44,277 bases of DNA from a virus (Duplodnaviria; Caudoviricetes). The DNA is taken from the IMG/VR virus record IMGVR_UViG_3300033076_000517, positions 1 to 44,277 of that record. One strand, 5' to 3'. Both the position numbers and the translations under genes were made by a program. Of the stretch, positions 8,371 through 19,100 are shown piece by piece (the stretch's first letter is position 1; every line of letters begins with the position of its first letter). Below the pieces are notes generated by a model. It ran no database searches and was not told the origin of the DNA. It was given only the letters and a program-made list of their open reading frames with translations.

Positions 8371-10137
8371 ATGCCGCAAATCCCAGCCTATGACGGGCCG
8401 CAGGTCGGCCTGCGCCAACTGAACCTCGACCAAGCCAGCGCCGATTCCTTCGGTGGTGTGCAGGGCCGCCAGCTCGCCCAGATCGGGCAGGGCGCCCAGC
8501 AGCTGGGCAACGCGCTGGACGCGGTCAACGAGCGCGAAATCCAGACGCAGGTGTTCAACGCCGAGGCGCTGGCAAAGAAGGACTACGTCGCGTGGTCGCA
8601 GGAGGCCGTCAAGAACCGCCAGGGCGAGGCAGCCAAGGGGCTGACCAAGGACGCAGGCGACTGGTGGGGTAAGGCCGCCGAGGCTTACGGCAAAGACCTC
8701 TCGCCGATGGCGCAGCGCATGCTGCTCAAGTCGGTTGCCCAGCAGTCGGTGGCCGCCGCCCAGTCGATGGGCGCGTTTGAAAACCAGCAGCTGGAGGTCG
8801 CGCAGCAGACCTCGCTCAAAGCCACCACGCAAGCCTCGCGCGACTCGGCGGTGTCGGACTCCTCCGACCAGAACATCGCCCTGCAGCGCCAGAACATCCT
8901 GGGCGCATGGAGCACCCAGCGCAACAAGTACGACGCCGCCACCTTCGACCAGCTCGTGAAGAACGAGCTCACGCAGATGCACACGGCGGTGTTCAACAAG
9001 CTGTTCATCGAGAACCCATCGCAGGCCAAGCTCTACTACGAGGTCAACCAGAAAGAGATCACCGGCCAAGTCAAAGACGACATCCTCGCGCGGCTCAAGG
9101 CAGGGGTGGCGGTGGAAGAGGGCGGCGCCGGTGCGCGCGAAGTCTTCGCCACCACGATGGCAGGCAAGGGCTACAACGACGCGATCCCTGTCGACGAGAT
9201 GGACGCCGCGCTGGTCAAGCGCTTCGAGAACGAGCCCGAGAAGCTCAAGGCCGCGCGCGGCGAGCTCGACCGGCAGGTGGCCTTGCGCAACAAGGCGCAG
9301 AGCGAGCGCAACGCCGGTGCCATCGAAGGCGTCTACGGCCTGCTCAACAAGAACACGCCGCTGGCGACCGTCATGCGTACGCCCGAGTGGTCAACGCTGT
9401 CGGAGCAGAACCGATTGCAAATCCAGCAGCAGATCAACGACCGCAACCACATGCTGTGGGCGCGCTCCATCGAGGACAAGAACCGCATCCAGCACCAGCA
9501 GGAACTGAACACGGCCCCGGCGCTGCTGCTGCTCTCGCAGCCCGAGAACCTCTCGAAGATGACGCGCGACCAGATCATCGGCTACATGCCCGAGATCGGC
9601 TTCAACAACACGCAGCGGCTGCTGCAAAGCTGGCAGACCTACACCACCAACCAAGCCAAGCTCTCGCAGGCCACGGTGGACAACGACGCCTTCAAGTCGG
9701 TGCTGCTGGCCGCCGGGATTGAAGCGAACCCCAAGCCCACCCAGAAGGAAGCGGCCAAGCGCGTGATCGACCTGCGCACGCAGTTCGAGATGACCATCGG
9801 CGACATGCAGCAAAACCGCAAGGGCGAGCTGTCGGCCACCGAGAAGCTCAAGGTCATGCAGGACATCGTCAACGCCGAAGTGCTGCGCCCCGGCTTCTGG
9901 TCGAACAACTACAGCAAGAGCGAGCGCGTGATCGACTTGAAACCCGATCAGCTGCTCACCGCTGGCGTGAAGGTCACCGACACGCAGGGCAAGCCCCTGA
10001 CATTTTCACTGGCACAAATTCCCGCCTCCGAATACGGCGCATGGCAAAAGCAGCTGCGCCGCGAAGGCAAAGTCGGCACGCCCGCCGAGATCGCACAGGC
10101 GTGGTACGACTTCACTCAACAGAAAGGCAAGAAGTAA
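8371..10137 (+). CDS. Internal virion/ejection protein (gp15-like)
   Basis: MPQIPAYD start, helical Gln/Ala-rich sequence; sits between the gp14-like gene and the giant gp16-like gene. Confidence 0.65.
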   Translation: MPQIPAYDGPQVGLRQLNLDQASADSFGGVQGRQLAQIGQGAQQLGNALDAVNEREIQTQVFNAEALAKKDYVAWSQEAVKNRQGEAAKGLTKDAGDWWGKAAEAYGKDLSPMAQRMLLKSVAQQSVAAAQSMGAFENQQLEVAQQTSLKATTQASRDSAVSDSSDQNIALQRQNILGAWSTQRNKYDAATFDQLVKNELTQMHTAVFNKLFIENPSQAKLYYEVNQKEITGQVKDDILARLKAGVAVEEGGAGAREVFATTMAGKGYNDAIPVDEMDAALVKRFENEPEKLKAARGELDRQVALRNKAQSERNAGAIEGVYGLLNKNTPLATVMRTPEWSTLSEQNRLQIQQQINDRNHMLWARSIEDKNRIQHQQELNTAPALLLLSQPENLSKMTRDQIIGYMPEIGFNNTQRLLQSWQTYTTNQAKLSQATVDNDAFKSVLLAAGIEANPKPTQKEAAKRVIDLRTQFEMTIGDMQQNRKGELSATEKLKVMQDIVNAEVLRPGFWSNNYSKSERVIDLKPDQLLTAGVKVTDTQGKPLTFSLAQIPASEYGAWQKQLRREGKVGTPAEIAQAWYDFTQQKGKK

Positions 10138-13100
10138 ATGGCCGACTACGAAGACCAGATCGCGGCGTTCCGCACACAGAGCGCTGCTCCCGAGGGCGAC
10201 ACCTACGAGGATCAGATCGGGTCATTCCGTCGCCAGCAATCCGAGGAGATGGGCCGCCTGCGCGCGAGCGCATCACTGGCCGCTGAGACCACGCCCGAGC
10301 GCGTGGCGCAGCAGCGCCGCCTGTCGTTGAGCACGGGCCTGCCGATGGAGGTGGTCAAGACCGCCGAGGGCGAGGCCAAGGCCATTGCCAAGTACAACGA
10401 GCTGGCAAAGCTGTCGCAGACCTCGCCGGTGCTGCGCGCCAAGCTGCAGAACCCCGAGTTCACGGCGCTGGCCCAAAACGATGGCGAGGCGCTGTCGGGC
10501 ATCGAGAAGACGATGAAGGTCATCGGCGGCACCGCAGGGCGCGTGCTGGCCGGTGGCACGGTCGAAGTGGGCGCAACGCTCATGGACTTCTCGGGCTTCG
10601 TCAACGACATGATCTCGCAGGCGGCCAAGGCCGGTGCGCCGGTGGTTGAAGGCATCCTGCCGATTAACCCCCTGGGCCAGATCGCGGAGGCAGCCGCCGG
10701 TGGCGCGGCCAAGAACCGTCAGCAGGCCAAAGACGCGCGTGCGTCCATCGACTACTTCCTGCCCGAAGCCACCAACAGCACCGAGGCGGGCCTGTACTCC
10801 GGCGCGCAGTCGGCGGGCTTTAACCTCGCCACGCTGCCCGCTGCCATCGAGGCGGCCATCGTCAAAGGCCCGCAGGCTGCGGGCCAAGTGATGGGCGCCA
10901 TCGCCGCGCTTGCCACCGGCTCGCGCTCGTACAACGAGGCGCGCGACAAGGGGCTCGACCCGATGGGCTCGATCACCTACGCCGCACCGGCAGCTGCTGC
11001 CGAGTACCTGTTCGAGAAGTGGGCGGGCGGCAAGTTCTTTGACGACGTGGCCGCGCGCTCGCCGGTCATGAAGATGCTGCTCAACAACGCCACGCGCGAA
11101 GTGTTTGGCGAATGGGGCACCACGCTCACGCAGAACTTCAACGAGTGGGTGCGCCTGAACCCTGAGAAGACCGTGCGCGAGTTCATCAGTGAGCAGCCCG
11201 AAGCGCTGTATCAGACGATGATCGCAGCGCTGGTGGGCTCCGGCATCCAGACCGGCGCGATGAAGGGCATCCAGAAGCTCGCCGACCGGCAGAACCAGAG
11301 CCTCGTCAACATCGACGAGATCACCAAGCTGCAGGACATGATGCGCATCGCCGCAGGCTCCGACCTGTTGGCGAAAGACCCGCAGACGTTCAAAGACTAT
11401 GTGCAGGCCGTGGCCGATGGCACCGAGGGTGCGCCCAAGTCGGTGTGGGTCGATGGCCGCGTGCTGCAAGAGTCGCTCGCCCAGTCGGGCGTGACACCTG
11501 AGCAACTCGCCACGATCCTGCCCAGCGTGCAGAGCCAGCTCGCCGAAGGGGTGAGCATGAACACCCCGGTGGAAATCCCCGTGGGCGAGCTCGCCACGGC
11601 AGCAGGCACCGAGATCGAGAAGGCGCTGATGCCGCACCTGCGCACGAGCGCCGATGGCCTGAGCCTGACCGAAGCACAGCAAGAGCAAGAGCAGGCGCAG
11701 CAGTACCTGCAGCAAGAGGCCCAGCGCATCATCGGCCAAGCCGCCGATCAGGTGCAGGCCAACGCGCAAGCGGAGAACGTGCGCCAGATCATCGCCGAGC
11801 AGCTCTTCGCCACGGGCCGCTATTCCAAAGACGTGGCCGACAAGGGTGCCAAGCTCGTGGGCGACTTCTACACGGTGATGGCCCAGCGCACGGGCATGAC
11901 GCCTGACGCCCTGTACCGCGAGGTGATCGACTACAAGGTGCGAGCACAGGGGCAGGGCGCGTTGACGCAGATCACGCCCGAGCAGGCAATGGCAACCAAC
12001 GTCAAGATGGAGATGCCTACCGACCCGACGTTTGCCGAGGCGGTTGGTAACACGCCCGGCGCGCAGATCACCGAGCGAGGCTTACTTATTGACTTGGTGC
12101 GCTACCAAAAACCCGAGCAGGAGGGCGCGCAAGCCATCCGTACCGGAGTGTTCTACTTGCCCAACGGCGCGGCAACTGCCAAACACTACAAGGGCGGCAA
12201 GGGTGGCTATGGTGGCGCGCAAGCCTTCACTGGCGAAACCCTGATCCGGCGTCCGTTGTTCGTAAAAGGCGCAACCGGCGGCAAGGCCCCCGAGGTTGCC
12301 TACGACCAGCTCAAGGGTAAGAAAGCCTACAACAACATGCGCGAGGACGTGCTGAAGGTTGCCGTAGGGTGGGGTAAAACAGAGCAGCAAAAGGTTGACG
12401 GGGTGCGCGAAGTGCTGACCAAGTACAACGCTGACCCTAGCCTTGCTGCCGAGATCGTGCGCAACAGCCGCGAAGGCAACCAACTGCCATACGCAGTGCA
12501 GGAGAACATTGTTGCTCACGCTGTGCGCGAGGCTGGGTATGACGCTGTAGTCGGCTACAGCAAGGGTAAATCCGGCGCGAACATCTCCGAGGTGTTTGAC
12601 GTGCGCGAGCAGTCCTTCCCTGCGCGCGGCATGGAGTCAGAGGTGCACAGCGTCTTCGACCAAGCCGCCAACGGCACCACGGCCTACGCTGCCGACACGA
12701 TCACCATCGACGGCAAAGAGCGCCCAGCGCTCAACAGCAACGGCCAGCGCATCGCCGCCACCGAAGAGGGGTTGCGCAACTTCTGGGCGTGGTTCGGCGA
12801 CAGCAAGGTGGTCGATGCCGATGGCAAGCCGCTGGTGGTTTATCACGGCACTGACACGGGCGGGTTCACCTCGTTCTACGAGACGGGCGGCGAAGTGCGT
12901 GGCGACCTCGGCATCTTTGCCACGTCCAACCGCGAGATGGCAAAGACCTACGTCAAGCGCGGTCGCGCCCAAGACCTGACAGCAGAGCAGCTGGGCGAGG
13001 ACATGCCGCAAGTCAGTGGCCTGTACCCGGTCTACATGAAGATCGAGAACCCGCACGAAGCCTTCTTTGAGGGTGCGCACTGGCAGGGCGAGCGCCCCGG

Positions 13101-16100
13101 CAAGTACCAAGTCGAGAACGCTGACGGCGAAGTGATCTACACGGAGGAAGGCAAAGCCTACTTCGACAGTCTCGTCGAGGCCGCCGACTTTGCGCTGGAG
13201 AACGGCGGCAAAATCGAACCCGCCGCAGACCACTTTGAAACCACCGACGGCGTGGTGCGCGAGGCCCGCCGGTACGGCAACGACGGCGCGATCATTCACG
13301 ACGTGGTGGACGACGGAGGCGGGGCCAGTGCCTACATCGCCGAGCCCTCGATGGTGTACGTCACTTTTGACCCCACGCACGTCAAAAGCGCCACCGGCAA
13401 CAACGGCCAGTTCAACCCGCGAGACGCCAACGTCCTGCACCAGACCCCGGCCTCGATCCCTGCGTGGGCGCGCGAGAAGTCGGGCACCCGGATCACCGAC
13501 AAGGTGAAGGGGATGTCTATCGCGTTGGCCCCAAAGGCTGCGCTGGCCGAGCGCAACTACGCCAAGCTCGACGAGATTTTCAAGGCCGTGCCCGATCCGC
13601 TGGCGAGCGAGAAGGACTGGCGCAAGTTCATGTCGCTGCTCACCGGCGATTCGAGCGTCGTGGGCGTGCCCTACCGTGCCTTCGAGTACGCGCGCAACCC
13701 GCAGGTGCTTGCCGACTACCTGAAGCGCATGCGCCCCGACCAGCTCGAGTCGCGTCGTCGTGGCTTCGCGCTGGGCGCTGCCATCCGCGAGCAGTACACC
13801 AACGGCACGGCCACGCCGCAGACCACTGGGCGCTTGCTGCTGTGGGCGATGCTCTCGCGCAAGGCCGGTGCTTACCCGCACGAGTCGGCCTATATGGACT
13901 TGGTCAACGGTGGCGTCGACCAGTGGATCGACAAGGCCGTGCGCGGAGACTGGACAGAGCAGGACGGCGAAGCCTACGCGCGCTGGTCTGCCGACTACAT
14001 GGCAACCAAGAAGGGCGGCGTCAGCCCTGGTGCTGGTGTGACCTCGAACGCCAACGACTTTGGCCGCATCCTGCTCGCCAAGATGTCGGCCAAGGGCGAG
14101 GACGGGCGCACGCTGCTCACGCAGCTGCACGACATGATGGCCGACCCCAACGTGTCCACCGACCAAATCCGTCGCGCCTTCTTTGGACTGGGCGATGGCC
14201 TTGGCATCCAGAACAAGGTGCTCTCGTTTGCCATGCTGGTGACGGGGCGCTGGGACACCCTGGTGCTCGACCGTGTGCAGTTCACGCACCTGTGGGGCGA
14301 TGAGTACAAAAAGCGCGCCGGTCAGAACAACATCTACGACGGCAACGGCGGGGGCCTGCAGCCCATCGGCGACGGCCACTTCGGCATCGCCGTCTACGAG
14401 GCGCTGGATCGCGGTTTGCGCGAATCGGTGGCGCAAGCCTACAAGCTCGCCGGGCTGGAAGGCCAAGGCGATGGCACACTGGGTGCGTTCCACTGGGATT
14501 CGTGGCTGGTAGAATCCAGTCAGGCCATCGCACACCCCACGGTCGAGGCGATCCCTGAAGGTGGCACACCGCGCCCTGACTTGGCCGTCAAGCAGGGCAA
14601 GTTCGACACCTACTCGCACGGCTTTGAGTACCGTGCCGATGGTCAGTACCAGATTCCGCTGCTCTCTGGCGCGGGCTACCGCATCCTGTCTCCGGCAGAG
14701 GCAGCAGAATTTGCAAACCGGCTGAAAGAGCCGAAAGAAGGGGTTGTCCCAAATGGATTCAAGGTCTCCGAACACAAAGAACACCCGTGGACAGAAGCCG
14801 ACGGCGTCGACCGAGAGCGCTACGACGCAGTCCTCGCCGAGTACGGTCGACCAGCTGATGCAGCAGATGTCGCTGCAGCCGGGCTTGCCGATGCAAGCGG
14901 ATCAGTTCAAGGCAGTACCGCCAGCGGCCTCAACAGAGACCGAGCAGGACGGTATGCGCGCGGAGGCCTTGCGCCGCTTGCAGGTGCGCCGTCTGTTGCC
15001 GGAGCAGCCGGGCCTGACCCTCGCCTCGTTGCCGTCGCCGAGCGCTACGCCCGTGAAAACGGTATCGACCTCAAGCGCCAAGCCGAATACGTCCAAGTAG
15101 ACCCCGCGCGTGCTGAACGTATCGCGGCGGCCTACGCCGCGATGGAGCACGCCCCGCAGAACCCCCAGGTTCGTGCCGCCTACCAGAACCTGATCGAGCA
15201 GACGCTGGCGCAGTACCGTGCGCTGGAGGCTGCCGGTTATCGCTTCTATCTGGTCGACGAGACCAACGACCCCTACGGCGGCAACCCGTGGAACGCCATG
15301 CGCGATCTGCGGGCCAATCAGGTCATGGGCGTCTTCGCCACCGAGGCGGGCTTCGGTAGCGGGGCCACCGACCTGAACGTCGAGGACAACCCGCTGCTGG
15401 CCGACACCGGCCTGCGCTGGCCTTACGGTTCGCTCGATGGGCAGCCCAAGCGTGTGCTCGCCAACGACCTCTTCCGTGCCGTGCATGACGCCTTCGGCCA
15501 CGGGCTGGAGGGCGCAGGCTTCCGCGCAGAGGGCGAAGAGAACGCATGGCAGGCCCATGTGCGCCTGTTCACCGGCTCGGCTGTGGCGGCTATCACCAGC
15601 GAGACGCGCGGCCAGAACAGCTGGCTGAACTACGGCCCTTACGGCGAGAGCAACCGCGCAGCCAAGGTCGAGGACACGGTCTTCGCTGACCAGAAGACGG
15701 GCCTGATGCCTGAGTGGACGTGGACAGAGGGCCGGGTGGCCGACATGCCCGAGCAGCCGGTGCAGCAGCCCGACACCCTCGCCCAGAGCGAGGTGCCCAA
15801 CAAGTACCAAACGGCCTACCTCGCAGGGCGCGACATCTCGCAGCTCACCGACGAAGAGCTCGGCCAGTACCAAGCGCTCTCCGACAACGCGCAGCCGCTT
15901 GAGCAGCCCGCAGGCAAGGGCCCGCGCGGCACCTACGACATCGCCAGCATGACCACCGTGTTGAACGGCACGGCTGACCTGTCGACCTTCCTGCACGAGA
16001 CCGGCCACTTCTTCCTCGACGCCATCCGGCGCATGGTGCTCTCGGGCAACGCCACGCCCGAGGTGCAGGCCATGTACGAGCAGGCGCTCAAGGGCTTGAA

Positions 16101-19100
16101 CGTCACGCCGCAGCAGTGGGAGCAGTGGCACGAGGAATACGCGACCACCGGCAAGATCAGCGACGGCATGCGCGCAGCCCACGAGCGCTGGGCCGAGAGC
16201 TTTGAGCTCTACCTCTTCAGCGGCCAGTCGCCCAACCCCGGCACGCAGTCACTGTTCCGCACCTTCGCCGAATGGCTCAAGCGCGTCTACACCTCGATGC
16301 AGCAGTTCGCCACGTCCAAGGGCTTGACGATGGACGCCGATCTGAAGGCGGTCATGGACAAGATGCTGGCGACCGACGAGCAGATCGCCGAGGCTGAAGC
16401 CATCGCTGGCCTGCTGCCCGATCTGGACGCCACGGGCGAGGCGCGCGAGAAGTTGAACGCCCGCAGCATGCGCGACCTGCAATGGGCGCGCAATGCGGTG
16501 AACAAGTACATCGCCAAGCTGCAGAAGGAGGCGCGCGGCCTGCGCGCTGAGATCGAAGAAGAGGTGCGCGCCGAGCTCGCCAAGCAGCCGGTGTTCGCCG
16601 CGCTGCGCTTCATCAAGAAGGGCGAAGCCACGGTGGACGGTGAGGAGATCAAGGCCACCACCGGCCACAAGATCAACACCGACGCGCTCAAGGAGATGTA
16701 CCCCGAGACCATGCTGGCTCGCCCTGACCTCACCAAGCTCAAGGGCCTGACCAACAAGGAGGGGCTGCACCCCGACGTGCTGGCCGACAGCTTCGGCTTC
16801 CCCTCCGGCGATGCGCTCATCCGCGCGCTGATCGAGGCCAACCTTGAAGCCGAGGTCGAGGGCATGACCGACCAGCGCATGCTGGAGCGCCACGGCGATC
16901 TGGCAACGCCCGAGGCCATCGCCGCTGCGGCGGTGGAGGCCGTCCACAACGAGGCCCGCGCCAAGTCGCTGGCAACGGAGCTGGCCGCCCAGCGCGAGAT
17001 GCTGGGCACACGGCGCGACACCGGCGAGCAAACCGCCAACGGTGCCAAGCGCACGGTCAACGTGCTGGTGGAGGCTGCCAAGGCCTTCGCGCAGAACGTC
17101 ATCGGCCGACGCGCCGTGAAGGGCTTGAAGAAGGCTGCATGGGCGCACCTGCAGGCCGAGCGCCGTGCGGGCAAGGCGTGGGAGGCGGCCACGGCTGCCG
17201 GTGACACGCAGGCTGCCGTGCAGGCCAAGCAAGACCAGATGCTCAACAACGCCGCCGTGCGTGCAGCTCAAGAGGCGCAGGCCGACGTGCGCGCCGCGCT
17301 CGACCTGTTCAAGAAGATCACCAAGGGCAACAACGAGGCGCTGGTCAAGCGCGGCTTCGACCCCGATGTGGTCAACGCTGCGCGCGCGATCCTGGCCGCC
17401 TACGGCGTGACCGGCCCGCAGAGCAAGAGCGCGCTGGAATACCTGGAGCTGGTGCAAAAGAACGACCCGGCCATGTACGCCGCGATCCAGCCCTCGGTGG
17501 TGGCTGCGCTCACCAACGCCAAGCCCTTCGACGAACTGACGGTGGCCGAGGTCGGGGCGCTCAAGGACGAGATCGAGAGCCTGTGGCACCTTGCCAAGCG
17601 CTCGCGCCAGATGGAAGTCGACGGCAACCTGCTCGACCGCGAGGAGGTGCAGGACGACCTGCGCGCCGATCTGGAGGCCCGAGGCATCCCAGATGCCATG
17701 CCGGGTGACACCAGCGCCATCACGCCCCAGGAGCAGGCGCTGCGCAAGCTCATGGTCTTCCGCGCTGCGGCCACGCGCGTGGAGAACTGGGCGCAAAACA
17801 TGGGGGCGAACTTCACCAAGTTCGTCTTCCAGCCCATCAAGGAAGCCGCCGACCACTGCCGCGCGGCCAAGGCCGAGAAGGTCAAGGCCCTGCACGCTCT
17901 GCTCAAGCCCATCGAAGGCTCGCTCAAGAAGGGCGAGATCAAGGCCGACGAGTTGAACGGCTACGTCTTCGGCAAGGACACCAGCGGCGTGGGCATGGCC
18001 GAGGTGCTGCACGCGCTCATCCACACCGGCAACGACAGCAACAAGCGCAAGCTGCTGCTGGGCCGTGGCTGGGCCAGCGAGAACGAAGACGGGACGCTCA
18101 ACACCTCCAAGTGGGACGCCTTCATCGAGCGCATGGTGCAAGAGGGCAAGCTCACGCAGGCCCACTACGACTTCGCCCAGGGCGTGTGGGACTTGTTCGA
18201 GTCCACCAAGCCGCTGGCGCAGAAGACCCACCGCGATGTCTTCGGGCGCTACTTCGCCGAGGTCACAGCCAACAGCTTCGTTGACCCCTTCGGCATCACG
18301 CGCCGTGGCGGCTACGCACCTGCCATCACCGACACGCGCATCGTCTCGGATGCGGCCACGCGCTCGCTGATGGAAACCGAGAACCAGTCGATGGCCTACG
18401 CCTTCCCCTCGACCTCCAAGGGCTTCACCGTGGGCCGGGTCGAGTACAACAAGCCGCTGCTGCTTGACCTGCGCGTGCTCGCCCAGCATCTGGACAAGGT
18501 GCTGCTCTTCTCCTACATGGAGTCCCCGGTGCGCGATGTGCGCCGTGTGCTCTCGGCCAAGAACGTGAGCTACGGGTTGAACCGCATCGACCCGGTGGCC
18601 TTCGACAACGTCATCACGCCCTGGTTGAACCGCGCCGCGCGCCAGCAGGTCGAGGCACCCATCGCAGGCGATGCCGGTCTCATGCGCATCTTCAGCGCAG
18701 CGCGCAACCGCGCCGGTATGGCTGCGATGTTCGCCAACGTCGCCAACGCCGCGCAGCAGCTCACCGGCTTCGCCATCGCTGCGGTGAAGGTCAAGCCGAC
18801 CTACCTGATGAGCGCAGCCGCGCAGATGATCGCCGCGCCGAAGCAGATGATCGCCGACGTGAGCGCCGCCTCGGTCTACATGCGCGAGCGCATGGAGAAC
18901 GACGTCGCCAACGCCGAGAGCGCGATCCGCGACATCCTGCTGGATGCCAGCGTCTACGAGAAGGCGCAGCAGTGGAGCGCCAAGCACGCCTACTTCCTGC
19001 AGTCGGCAGTGGACAACGCGATGGGGCCAGTGATCTGGACGGGCGCCTTCAACCAAGCCACCGAGCAGGGGCTCTCGCAGAAGGACGCTGTGCGCTTTGC

